From Tubiluchus corallicola (taxonomy: Eukaryota; Animalia; Priapulida), in assembly GCA_030141605.1 (NCBI GenBank), contig JAQGDQ010000320.1, positions 206,291-270,290 of the forward strand: DNA of 64,000 nt. Direction: 5' to 3'. Numbering within the stretch: position 1 is the stretch's first letter; the number at the start of each line of letters is the position of its first letter. Positions 13,756 to 26,715 of the stretch are shown here, in pieces. The position numbers and the translations under genes were made by a program. Below the pieces are notes generated by a model that worked only from the letters and a program-made list of their open reading frames with translations, was not told the DNA's origin and made no database searches.

Positions 13756-15341
13756 GTGAGTGTGGTTCAGTGCTGTTAAGCAGCTGTCAATCTGTCAGTA
13801 ATAAAAATATTGTCATTTATTTTAAGTAGGTTGCGTTTTACTGCATAGAATGACTACAGCTGAAAGTTGTAACCACACTGTGGCTGTGGTCCTAGTAAAG
13901 CATTGTGCATCGAGCTGTATATTCTATATGCAGTATGCCAGTTACCAGTCTATACATTTGCGGAATTCACAAAAAAACTGAGTTCTGGCTGCAAATTTAT
14001 ATAGAAAATTTATATTTTTCGCATGTTATTTAAGAGATCAAGTTGTTAAATTGTCTCTTTTCTCTCCATTGCAAGTTATTACGTTGGCATTGCCACCGCC
14101 TGGAAATTGTTCTTTTTTCAACTTGGAATGCAAGTAAATTGGTAACTTATTTGTTCCCACAATACTTTAAGACTAGTTGAGTTGAGGAGCCCTATGTAGC
14201 ATGTAGCTTACTGTCTTCATTACCTGGGGTCGGAGGTAGCCTATATTACTACATTCAACACACTGGAGCCTTTGCAGTGTTAACCAGTTATCAAGCAGAC
14301 TATTTTTACCAAAGTTCTGATCACAGTTCGTATTCACACAAGTTTATTGTATTGATCTTGGAACTTCTAATGCATCTAGTTCGCAACATCCTATCTAGCT
14401 ATTGATTATTAAGTGTAACAAGCTGACTGTTATTTATGCATTATTTTTGGCATAATCACTATCTTGTTAAAATATATGAGCGGTTAGCTGGTCCTGCTGC
14501 CATCTGCTGTCTACGTTGAGAAGCTTTTGATAGGTGCTGTAGCTTTGCGATCTTTGAAGACTAGCATAGACTAACATTGTTCGCATAGACTAACATGTTT
14601 TGGCTATGAATACTACTGATTCATGTTAAGTCAGCTTGACAGAGCCTGCCATATGCTCTGAATGCATCTTGTATTTGGATGATGGTGCTCTTAAAGGATC
14701 TCTACCATTTGAGATAATGCAATCACTGAGGAATTCGCTATATAGACAGATTATGTTTGGTGAGGTACCTCAACATTTCTTTATTAGAGCTCAGGTATGC
14801 ATACCTTCTTATGTTGCCTTGAGAGGAACCACTTAGAACCACTGAGAGAAACTAACTTAGGAACCAATGGCTAGATTAATTGACCTTCATTAAACCTCAC
14901 TCATATCATGTTGATAATAATATCATATCAAATTGGAATTGAACGTTAACATCAAAGTAGAGACGTTTGCTCATCTGAAAACTGTGTTTGGAAGTGACGT
15001 AACCAAGCAGTAGGCAGCTCCAATTTTTACTCTAGATTGTATCTTGATATTTGTTAATTGTTAATACTGCGTTTAAATAAGTAGGCAAACATTATTTCAC
15101 TGTTCTTGTTTTGTCATTTTCTCTACTGTCACTGAGAGGTCTGATAAGATAAAAATATTTGGAGTGTTTGTAGCCTGAATGACACTGGTGAGATCTCACC
15201 ATTATCAATTGTTTGTTAATACTGATGATTAATCCCTGGTCTCCATGTTCTGACTCCCATAGTACCATCAGCTTTCATGTTCGTGGCATGAAGTTTGAGG
15301 ATTAACAAACCTCCAGCCACTTTTAAGATTATATTCATATA

Positions 15342-15577
15342 CAGGGTGTTCATAATTCACTGTTCACTTTTGTAATCATGTTTTTTATATTTCAGCTTTC
15401 GATCCCAAGATGCTTTTGATCCAGACAAAATAAGAAAGATCCAAGTCTGTATTTATGCTAATGAGGGCTGCTTTCAACATTGTTTAGAATTGTCATTCAC
15501 ATTTGCCTCCCGTATTTTATTATGAAACATATCTGTTGATATATATATAAGTGCACAGTGACTTTCCGTACACCCCG
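15342..15577. mobile_element. Tc1/mariner-type MITE
   Basis: TA|CAGGGTGTTC...CACTG and CAGTG...GTACACCCCG|TA imperfect TIRs with TA TSD. Confidence 0.6.
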
Positions 15578-15764
15578 TATAATTCACTTATATCTAGCCA
15601 AGTTTGGCCCAAGGCCATAGCTATCTTTGTTACACCAAGGTTTAGCCACTCAAACTTTTAATTAAACAAACTTAGTGTGGCTTGCTAATACTGCGTATTG
15701 TAATTTGGTGTTGGTTTAGGTGACTAATCAGAAAGTAACTAGTTCTGCACTTATATCACCTGTT

Positions 15765-15896
15765 CATAGATTCGGTATAAAACCAGTAGTGTGCTAATAA
15801 TCGAATATACAAATTCACAGGTAATTTTGTAAAAAATTACCTGTGAATTTGTATATTCGATTATTAGCACACTACTGGTTTTATACCGAATCTATG
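15765..15896. repeat. Perfect long palindrome (~64-bp arms, 4-nt loop)
   Basis: CATAGATTCGGTATAAAACCAGTAGTGTGCTAATAATCGAATATACAAATTCACAGGTAATTTT, then GTAA, then its exact reverse complement. Confidence 0.95.
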
Positions 15897-16285
15897 TATA
15901 TATATATCATTTTAACATTCTTACTATTAACTTTTCTAATAACTGTCATGTCACACTTCTTCTTTCTTGGAATTTTACTAGCTGTAAACGTCAAGAGTAT
16001 TTTAATGGTTGTACAACACAACACACAGTTAATTTAATTTTTAAACCATATTTTGGAGGGCAGTAGTATAGTAGTTAAATCATTCAATATGTATGCCGAA
16101 GCTCCCTGGTTCAAGTATATGCCGTGTTTCTACTTTTTTACATTTCTTGTATTTTGAAGGTTGGTTTCAAAATTAAATAAATTGTGGGTTGTGCCATTCA
16201 TTTAATGTTTGCCAAAACTTTGTGAGTTTTCCAAAAAAAAATGCTGTGCAGTTAAATTGCTTATTTCTACTTCTCCATTTTTCAG

Positions 16286-17828
16286 CTGTGCAGTTGAATC
16301 TGATGGAAGTAAAAAGCTCCTAAATGTGGAACATGAAATTGGGAATAATTACAATAGATGTGCCGACTACGACAACGATCTTGTTTGTGAGAGAAGTGCA
16401 ATTGCCAAATATATTGATGATCGAATCATACATGAGGAGACTGTCGCTGAAGGAGTTGTTCATTATTTTATACGCCGAACTTTGCAAATAATGAGTATAA
16501 TAGCGAGTTTTGCTGGACGAGTGCCCTTCATACCATTAGCTCTCAAACTAGCTGGAGGGAGCGTAGCTTACGGATGTATTTTGGCATACGCCATGTGCGT
16601 ATCGTTTGGCGCTTTAGTGTCTTACACTCTTTTTGGCATTGTGGAATCTCAGATGCTGCCCCTATCCCCCGAGGAGCGGTTACTGGTGGAATCTCGCATG
16701 AGTGAAAGAGTGAAGAAATCATTTCTAGTCTTGTCAATTGCATTAGGTTTCTACACACAAATTCCTTTTGCTTACATTGCATACAAGTACAATGAACATT
16801 CCGTGCTTAATCCAGGCGGAATTCTAATGCCCGTAATGATTTTTGCCATTGATTCATGGGTGGCCGTTTATTCCGCATACATGGGGCTGAAAACTATCAG
16901 AGAGACAACCTTAATACGTTCAAATCAGCGCAGATTGCACGGCATTAGACAAAAAATTTGTTCTCTGGTTGAAGCGAATGTAAAACTTCTTCCGATTGTT
17001 AACAAAGAAGTAAAGATTCAGTTTCTTCAATCTTTTCAGTCACTCAAAAGTACCGGAAATTGCTCATATCGTGTTGAAAATTTGTGTATACTATTTATGC
17101 GCAAACTGTCTGATGACAGTAGTGACTCACCACCATATATCAAGCACTTGGCAAGAATAGTGAACATTTATGGTTATTTATGCGCCATTGTCAATATTTC
17201 AATTCTTGCTTACATTGCGTATCTGGGAAGTGAAGAATTAACTAGCTACAAAGCTTTATCAGTTACAGTTGCAAGTGTGTATGCTGGGGCAGCGTTATAC
17301 CTAAACCTCACAGCTATTCCGAAGACGGCCGTCAGACTGTTTTATCTGTTTGCTGACTTGCTCACCTGTAATTATAAATTGACACTCGCAGATCAGTATA
17401 CTCCAGTTTTATCATTTTTTCTGAAGGTAATTGCTTTGGTGACTATTGCTTTATCATACGCAGCTCCTGTCCAGGTTGGCAGGGATTATTTTGGTTTCAA
17501 GAGAGTTTTGGAAATGTTTGTAATTGTCACAAGAACGTCTGGTACAATCCTTCTTAAGTTAATGCCAATGATGTCAGCTACAGATCACATACTTAAATAT
17601 AAAGTCCAAAAGACGGGAACAGATGAAGAAATACGTATTGTAAACCTGCATATAGAGATGGAAAAATTTGCTAAAATAGTCAGTTCTTGCCCTCTCAGTG
17701 AAGTGGCACTTTTCCTGAAGGCACTTCCCAGATTAGCTACAGATTATCTTTGTGAAGATAGCCTAGATTGTTATATTGAAGAATGTTGTGAAAGTGAATG
17801 CCTAATCAAGAAGGACAGACTAGACTGA
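16286..17828 (+). CDS. Uncharacterised multi-pass membrane protein, paralog 1 (main exon; ~523 aa with leader exon)
   Basis: 1.5-kb open frame after polypyrimidine-TTTTCAG acceptor; about 8 hydrophobic segments; clear homology to 22775-24257. Confidence 0.88.
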
Positions 17829-17861
17829 TTATGGAAGAAATAAAAGTGATGAACTTCACAG

Positions 17862-18142
17862 AGAGTGAAATTTAAGTGATGGAAAGTTGGTACACGAGAG
17901 CACAAGACGATATGTTATAGTTTCACCTAGAAAAGTAGTTTGATTAGAATGATTAGAGTGAAATTTTCAAGTGATGGAAAGTTGGTACACGAGAGCACAA
18001 GAGGATATGTTATAGTTTCACCTAGTAAAGTAGTTTGATTAGAATGATTAGAGTGAAATTTTCAAGTGATGGAAAGTTGGTACACGAGAGCACAAGAGGA
18101 TATGTTATAGTTTCACCTAGTAAAGTAGTTTGATTAGAATGA
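17862..18142. repeat. ~94-bp tandem repeat x3 just after the stop codon of paralog 1
   Basis: AGAGTGAAATTT..AAGTGATGGAAAGTTGGTACACGAGAGCACAAGA...GATTAGAATGA repeated three times. Confidence 0.9.
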
Positions 18143-18310
18143 AGAATAGGTAAGCTAAGAATGGAAATGATGTCACTGATTTTATGCTGCGATTACTATT
18201 AACTAATTTGTTAATAATTGTAGTTGATCAATTTTGCAACCTGTAGAAATGAACCAAATGCCTGTGATAAAATAGAACTGCTAGATTGCACATGTTTCCT
18301 TGTGACAAAC

Positions 18311-18746
18311 CAGGGGCGTCGCCAAGGTTAGTGCCACCCGCCGATACAGTACTCATGTTGTCATCCGTGCATACTGTATCGTACAAAATTCTTTAGTAGT
18401 ATCTTATGTATGTAGTTAGCACTTGTTACATGGAGAATATGAGAAACATCATCTAGACAACATCATTTTGTTTTCTGTCCTACTGAGTTAAAGTGCTAAG
18501 AACACTGCATTAACAATAGTACATTGATAATATTTATTTTAAAATGAAACTATTAATATTTATAATTTTCTTATACGAGGTATTTACACATTGAAGCAAC
18601 ACTTTTAGGAAGGAATTCTTTTATGCAGGAAATCTATAATGTTGTTTAGCTTTTAGCTTACCCCCTCTAAAAACACATTAATGGCGTCACCTCCAGGATG
18701 GTGTCACCCGGTGTGGTTTGCACCCCCTCTAGTAGCGATGCCACTG
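18311..18746. mobile_element. Probable hAT-type MITE
   Basis: Termini CAGGGGCGTCGC / GCGATGCCACTG; degenerate 8-bp flanks TGACAAAC/TGAGGAAC. Confidence 0.55.
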
Positions 18747-21181
18747 TGAGGAACAAAAAAGCAAAAGAAGTGATTCGCACTGATGTTTTCTCTTCTTTTT
18801 TTATTGGTAAACAGTCATTCTTGTTGTGTTTTTGGCAGACTGCAGTAAATTTTCATATTTCGGAATGCATAAGTAGAGCTTGTTTGATTTGCTGTATGAA
18901 ATATGACTGCCAAAAACAGTCACTCATGCAAAAAGGTGTCAGTATTATAGCTTCATATACAGGACCAGCTCCCCTCTCATTTTTTGTAAGCAAAATTTTA
19001 GCTTAAGCCAATTTTTAGCCATAGTTGTCTTACATTAGTATTGTTCACTGAATGTAGATTAGGGTACTTAGCTGCGTAGTTTAATGTAAATTTTTTCTAA
19101 TTTTTTTCTGCGTGTGCTACTCGGGCAAAATCAGTTCTTGGAACTGGTTTTACGTCAACTGCTTTCTTGCATTGTTGCATTCTTAGAAATTCATTTCTGT
19201 GAAGGGTGTAGTAACAGACGCATGACTGGGTAATTACAGGTCAGGTCCTGCACTGTCATTCAACCTAAATTTTTTCTCACAAGCAGTTGTTAGCTGCTTG
19301 ATTGCCGTTAGAAGTTTCACAGAGTGATGAATAGTGAGTTGTTGTGTTATGTAAAATAACTACATGCCTGTGAGGGCGTGTTTATTGTGTTAATTATGCA
19401 TGTGCAATTGTAGTGTATTGGTAAGTGACTTAATAATGTTTTACTTGTAAGATTTGCCAAAATAACCCAAAGCTGTAATATGAATATACATGTAATTGTT
19501 AATGTCAGGAAGATTAATAAAAAATTTTATTAAACGAATGCTGCCTTTAAAAAATATAGATGTGCCTATTGTTAACTGTCATTTAGATTGTATAGTTACT
19601 TGTGCTAATGAATCACATGATTGCCTAATTACTGGCAATTAAATTTACATTAGAAAAATAATTTAAAATTGAAGGTAAAAGGACAAGAACAACATCCTTT
19701 ACTTACATAAAGCTGAAAAAATTTGTTAGAAATTTTGTATCATCTGCATACGGTCTTATTGTGCAAAAAGCTCGTATTAGCAGTAATGCTGTATAAAACA
19801 TGTAAATTTAAACTGCTGTGATGGCAATTAGGTGCAGCTATTATAATGGTAAGTCACTTGAAACAAGTTTAAATGAAATTTAGCTTGCGTACAGATCGAA
19901 AAATTAATCAGAGTATTCATAGCACACACTTTACTAACAAAGCAAAAGTGTAGATTACTTTAACTTGTCAGTAAAATATATGTATGTATATTATACATTT
20001 ATTTTGGTTGGTTAATAAGTGATGTTTTTCTCAGCTGGTGCTAACCTTTTAAGAATTTTGTTTTTCAGTTACATACATCTTTCAAACAGCCAGTAACATT
20101 TCGAATGCTACGTAATATAACATTGCATAGACATGTTGCATTGAAAATTCATGTTGTTCATCTTTAATGGTCAATAAACCTGTAGCATACCTGCTATACC
20201 AGTACTTACTGAAATAGTTTCCATTTATGACTTTACCAGGTGATTATAGTGGCAGTGCTTTTTGTAAGTTGCTGAAAAATACAACCATTTTGTAAACCTC
20301 GTGCAGTTGAATTATACTTACTTCACGATTTAAGGGAAAGTGGTAAAACGTTTAACAAAAATTGGGAGCGCATATGGCAAAAGAGCCATTACCAGTGCAC
20401 TTGCACGAAGGCTTGCTATATGCACGCGATGTTTCATTCGAAAATGCATTTGTTTTCTAGGATGTGGAATGCCACGTCGTAACATGATCTTATGGATTTA
20501 ATACGATCCTTCATTCAGTAGCCTAGTATTATTTCGATTATAATCTTTTTGATATTGAAATGAATAAAATCTTTTGATGTGACGGTGCCAAACTGAATGT
20601 GATATGTGTCTACAATAATAGCAATCTATTAATGCAGCTATTATTATTAGCTACCTGATATATATATATATATATACATGTGTGTGTGAAGGATTTTAGG
20701 TTATTTTATTACTTCAGTGTTCTCTCATTCTGTAAACCCCCCTATACTGTCCTTTTCAAGTGCATGATGTATGTCCTGACTTGGCTTCTTTCTGTCATGC
20801 TCTACTGACAGAGCTAGCTTACCTGGCAAGTTGGCAGTCTGTTCTTGGCTAAGAGAGTTGTTGTTGTTGTTGTTGTTGTTGTTTGTCTCAGTTAAACCAT
20901 TTATTTGTCAAGAACAGTAGAGCCATGGTGTAAGTTTATTTTGATTGTTCAGTCTGACTTTATTATTAATTTCCTTGTTCTTTTTGGGCTCAAATTAGGT
21001 TGTTATATTTTGTTATGATTTTTTACAGATAAAAGGTAATAAAGCTACTCAAACATGAATTTTTTGACTTAGGGCATCATGAAGTAGTAGTCTCTCACAA
21101 TATATATATATTACCTTTATACAGTGTATTATGTATTTATGTTCAAAACTCTGATTCTGTAAAATGTCTGCAGGTTGCAAA

Positions 21182-21279
21182 ATGCAACAGCAGATTGAAG
21201 TGAACATTATAAGAGAACACAAACAGACAGACCTGCTGCAAAATAAAACAAATGAAGGTGAAGAAAAAGAAAATCAAAG
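21182..21279 (+). CDS. Putative first coding exon of membrane protein paralog 2 (MQQQIEVNIIREHKQTDLLQNKTNEGEEKENQR)
   Basis: AAAATG start, AG|GTAAGA phase-2 donor matching the phase-2 acceptor at 22775; joined CDS is 1581 nt. Confidence 0.7.
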
Positions 21280-21608
21280 GTAAGATGATGCATTCTCGGA
21301 TTTTGTTAGTCTTACTCGGAATAAACAGTTACGGATTGCAAATCATTGTACTGTACTATAGTTGCCGCTGAAAAAAATCATTAGAAAAGAAATTTAACTG
21401 AGAGAAATGCACGCACCGGATAAGCTTTAAAACTAATATGCACAATTCAGTCTTTTATATAACTTTTTGCAACAAATATAAAAATATTTTTTTCTGTACA
21501 AATATACTGATTTTTGAGTACATAAAGGATTGTGATACCACAGTCAATGTAGCAAATTTTCTGCTTCATCGGCAAATTGGCAAGAACTTTGAGTTAAACA
21601 GTGATATT

Positions 21609-21677
21609 TAGGGCCTATTTCAGCCTAAGCGAGGCTCGGGGAAGTATCCCCACTCCCCCCCCTTGAAATAGGCCCTG
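21609..21677. mobile_element. 69-bp miniature hAT-type element
   Basis: TIRs TAGGGCCTATTTCA/TGAAATAGGCCCTG; perfect 8-bp TSD GTGATATT. Confidence 0.8.
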
Positions 21678-22339
21678 GTGATATTTGGGAAGCATCACAG
21701 TTGTAGGAGAAGCTACCGCCTGATACTTTTACATTACTTGGTTGCTATCATGCACTTCTTAATTAAACTGAAACAGTTACGTTTATAGTACCTAATTTTA
21801 ACCTCTTTCGCATCTACAGTCACTTGTACATTCCGATTCCTGAATCCATCTCTGATAGTTTTCAAAACTCTTATCTGTTTGTGTTCTCTTGTTATAAGCT
21901 GCAAAGTATATAACAATACCAATGCATCATGAACTTTTATCATTATCCTTTGCGCACCTTCTTCGGGAAGTGGTTTCCGAATACGTTTCCGTCAGATTGT
22001 ACGGATAATCTTGTGCATTTGAAGAGGGGAACTGCATTAGGGACTTCAATGTAGTAGATTTTCAAGCGGGTTATTAAATCTGTTAGGTTGAATTCCCATA
22101 TCCGATTATTAACAATCGTTGTATATTTGGCTTGTATTTTCTTACCTCAAATCATACTCTAGACTCTGTGTCTTATGGTTTTAATGTCGGCAGACTTGCA
22201 AAACCACCAAGTGAAAAACCACATAGACTAATGGCTATGAGCCGTATTAAGAAACTTCTACTATTAAGCTTTAATGCTGCAAAATCCAGCGATGGTATAA
22301 CTTTATTTCTGTTAGAAAATGATTAGTGCCACGTAGCGT

Positions 22340-22686
22340 TGACATTCTCCACCAAAAAGCCGAATTCGAATCAAATCAAATTTGTGATTCTCAAACTCTA
22401 ATCAAGCCAAATTTCAGAATTACTAAAAACAAGCAGCCTCACAAGGATCATGCATATTACTTGATTATTTTCTGCTTTAAAAACACTAATAGCAAGTTTA
22501 AAAATTGTGCACAGAAATCTCAGTTAAATCTTCATGATTGCGTGATGTTTCAAACGTTTCAATGATAAAAAACATATGCAGTTTGAAGTGCTGAACACTT
22601 CGATTCTATAAATTTAGGATCCAATCAAATTTCAACTAAAAAAACTCGTTTGAATCAAATTCGATGTATTCGTTGCTCACCCCTAT
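22340..22686. mobile_element. Degenerate copy of the GAATTCGAA-rich hAT-type MITE (family C)
   Basis: Aligns by eye with 25281-25662; ends TGCTCACCCCTA. Confidence 0.7.
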
Positions 22687-22774
22687 TGCAACGTGATAAG
22701 TCCTTAATAGGAGGTTCATCTTCACATTTAGTGGAAAAGTCATCAATTAAAACTGCATATTTTTTACTTCTTAG

Positions 22775-24257
22775 AAATGTAGAAGCTGACCAGCTGCTGG
22801 ATTTAACTGTGGACTGCCAGAGTGCTATAGCCATGTACACGGAGAAAAGAATTATTCGAGAAATTCCGGCTTCAGAAGGCACAGCGCACAAGACACTTCG
22901 CAGAATATTGGAATCACTGAGCATAATTGCTGCATGTTCGGTTAGAATTCCATTTATACCACTAGGACTCCGACTAGGTGGTGACAATAAGATATATGCG
23001 TGGACGTTGGTGTGGGCGATGAGTGCATCAATGGGCTGCCTGACAGCTTACGCTTTATTTCGCATCGTAGATGCTCAAATGATGCCTCTCTCTCGTGAAG
23101 AGAAAATACTGACCGAATCACGTATGAGCGGAAAAGTAAAGAAGAGCTTTTTGGCTACTTCGATTTTGCTGGGATTTTCAACACAGATTCCATTCGCATA
23201 CATTGCATACGAGTATAATCAAAATTCGAAGTTTAATCCGGGTGGTATTTTGATGCCCACATGGATCTTTGTCATAGAATCTTGGATACCCACTTACTCT
23301 GCATACATGGGACTGAAAACTCTCAGGGAGAATACTCGCTCGACTTTATACGAGAAAAAGTTAGCTGACATTGTGGAGAAAATGAGAGACTTAATAAAAA
23401 TGAACAGAGTGCTGCTTACTGTTGCAAACAAAGAAACGAAGATAAGAATTGTGAGTTCGTTAGAAAAGATTAGAGGAATTAACAACTGCTCAAAGCGACT
23501 GCACCGATTATATGATCTACTAACTCAGCGAATGTCTTCCAAAAATTTGGATCCATCTATCAAGGAAACTAAATGCCGATATTTGGGATGGGTAGTGAGA
23601 CTTTATGGTTATATGTGTGCCATTGTCAATATTGCTACCCTTGCATACATTGCATACCGCGGTGCAGAGCAGTTAACCGGCCATAAAAGTGCAGCAATAA
23701 TTCTGACGGTTCTGTATTCCGTAACAGCACTATACCTAAATTTCACTGCCATTCCCAAAATGGCGGTCAGCTTATTTTACTTAATTGCAGATCTCGTCAC
23801 TTTTAAATACAGGCCAACACTGTCTGATAAGTGTACTCCAATATTATCGATCTCTTTTAAGATTTTAGCACTCGTAACAGCTGCGTTATCGTATGCTTCT
23901 CCCATTCAGTTAAGCAAAGACTATTTTGGCTTTAACATAATGCTAGAATTATTTGTAAGTATCATGAGAACAAGTGCCGTAACCTTTCTTGTATTGATGC
24001 CGATGTTGTCAATCACTGATAAATTGCTCAAGTACAAAGTGCAAAAAATGGGGACAGAAGAGGAAAAGCAGATCGTTAGATTAGACTTAGAAATGGAGAA
24101 TCTTTTGGCAATTCTCCGCTCCAGCCCTGCAACCGAGATTGCCCTTTTCTTGATGGCTCTTCCTATTGAAGTTGTTGAACAACTTATAAGCGATTCAGAA
24201 ATAACAGTGGCAAATCTTGAGAGCTATGTAAAAGAAAATAACAAAAGATATTTGTGA
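22775..24257 (+). CDS. Uncharacterised multi-pass membrane protein, paralog 2 (main exon; ~526 aa with leader exon)
   Basis: 1.5-kb open frame after TTTTTTACTTCTTAG acceptor; shares PFIPL, ESRMS..VKKSFL, TQIPFAYIAY, NPGGILMP, YSAYMGLKT, LNxTAIPK, ALSYA.P.Q...DYFGF and LKYKVQK.GT with paralog 1. Confidence 0.88.
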
Positions 24258-25280
24258 GGCGTCTTAGTGCTTTTAAAATAACGTTGATTGAATCCTAAAT
24301 TTCAGTATAAAAGAATAATGCAAGACAAATTGTTTTCCAGTTAACAAATATTTAAATGGTAAAAACGGAAAATTCGATCTTGGCGCAGCAACTTTTAAAA
24401 AAACTGAACCAAGTTTTGTTGATTTACATTCTGTACAAGTAGATAAATTATTTTTCTGTCATAATAGATAATAGATTATGTAGATAATTATTTTTCAACT
24501 GAGATCATGAGTCTGTGATATCACTGCAGTTTTTTTTGCTTTTTGACATAAAATCGTTAAATACGAAGAATTCTCATATCTACTAACCAAATCATTTTAA
24601 CAAGTAGTAGCCGACTTTATTTTTAAAAATTTTTGCAATGTATATGACCCAATAATTTGTTGATCCTGTTTAAGCAACAAGCTAGTGTTCAGCAGTTTCA
24701 GGTGATGATTTTTATATATCCGCTATTCCAATAGTTGTAGGGAAATGAAACTAAAAATTCAGTTTTGCAAAGCTCAACCTAAGCAAAGTTCAAAGAAACA
24801 CCGATAATGACTTTAGTCACCATATTATAGCAGTTGTCAGAGCACAAAATTCTTTGGGGAAGATAAAGTCGTATGTGTTATTATATCACTACATGATTTA
24901 CTGTAAGAAAATCATCACTTGAAACTGTTGAACTCTACCAGTTATTTAAACAAGAAGATCAACAAATTATTGAGTGGGAGATTTATGAATTAGTTGTATT
25001 CTTCAATTACTGCGCTTGCTCAGCCACAATTGTGTTTGGTTACGAGATTATTATTGTTATTATTATTATTATTATTGGTGCTATTTTCTCATGTTTGCTC
25101 AATTTAATTTTGTACTTAAATGCTTAACATTTTAACCATCATATTTAACATGTTTATAGTTATGGTTATACACACGCTTGCATAATTTTTTATATGCGCA
25201 CAATTTACAGAAATATATTTTTTGAAAATAGTTTACTTATATTATAACCTAAATATCGTTACTTAGCTCTACATAATCAG

Positions 25281-25662
25281 TAGGGGTGAGCATTCTTTAG
25301 CAGAAAGCGAATTCGAATCGAATTGAACTTCAGTGTTTCGAATTCGAACCGAATTCGAATTGAGATCGAAAGATTTTCGAACCACCAGCAAAAATTAGTC
25401 TTACAAAGATCATGCATATCACTAGATTTTGTTCTACAATAAAACGACTAGTAATTTCTTTAAAATTGCGTGCAGAAATCACAGCTAAATTACGCTAATT
25501 GCATGTTGTTTCAATCGTTTTAGTGATAAAGAACATGTGTGATTGAAGTGCTGAATTATTCGAATCTATAGTTTTGGATTCGAATCGAGTTCGAACTAAA
25601 AAACTCGTTCGAATCGAATTCGAGCGTTTGAATTCGATTCGAACGTTCGATGCTCACCCCTA
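25281..25662. mobile_element. hAT-type MITE (family C) with GAATTCGAA subterminal repeats
   Basis: TIRs TAGGGGTGAGCA/TGCTCACCCCTA; 8-bp TSD ATAATCAG/CTAATCAG. Confidence 0.85.
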
Positions 25663-26531
25663 CTAATCAGACATAATGAATATATTTTTTAAAATTGTCT
25701 TAAATACTAGTATTCTAATCTAACCTCAAGTAATTAAACCTTAAATAAACATCATTAATTTAGCGATTTCTTTTTAATTAGAAACTAGCTGCAGTGACTC
25801 TCTTACACTGCAATCATTACGACTGCTGCTTTTGTTTCGTTTTGGCAGCTTGCGAATAATTTAAACCTGATTGTATGAGTTTTGCCCTTTAAATAAACTA
25901 AAGTGAAACCTTCATTTAGACTTCTTGAACCACCTGGCAAGAGTTGACATTGTTCTTTCAAGATAGCTAGGCGTGTGTATGACGCCATGTGTGGGCCTGC
26001 TTTTGATGTCAATAAAGTGATTGCAATCATTGATGCAGCTATAATTTAGATAATTTAATCAATTCAAATGTCACAGATAAACAGCAAAAGTGGCTGACAT
26101 CTCAAAACCATAATATTCATAATTTAAAAATCTACAGAACCATTAAATGCTGACGGTAATTCGTACTTTAAAGTGGAAAATTGCAGAACTAAAGTTGCTA
26201 AAGTAATTGACAAGCATGCAAAAATGCTCAACAGAAATTGAAAGCCAAAAGAAATGCGATAGTCAAGTAATGAAATAATTTTTGGAATCTTCTTGTGAAC
26301 AATAACTATACATTAATTAATACTTTTAGTACGTAACATATTACACCATGTAAGCAAAGCTAAAATTGTAATTACAAATATACATGTACCAGTATTTAGA
26401 TATATAAGCTCTTTGTCAGAATAGTGAAACACAAAGTGAGTTATTCAAAAAATTCACAAGCATTAGTAATGCATCTTTACTTAAATTAGATTGCCTCATG
26501 TCAACACATTCATTTTGTATTAAATTAAATC

Positions 26532-26572
<41 letters not shown>

Positions 26573-26715
26573 TTATATGTAATTGCAAGAAACTAATTAA
26601 TTTTATATTCAGTTTGATTTATTGTACCTGGCATAATAGTAAGCTTAAGAAAACTATGAATAAGGAACTAAGAGGAACAGTTACTTGAGACAATTTTTTG
26701 GTGTTCTTGTTACAA

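Noticed and set aside
22650-22774. 5' extension of the 535-aa ORF (likewise 16209-16285, 30468-30522 and 60399-60627)
   Set aside because: Intronic sequence, partly MITE or minisatellite, upstream of clear splice acceptors
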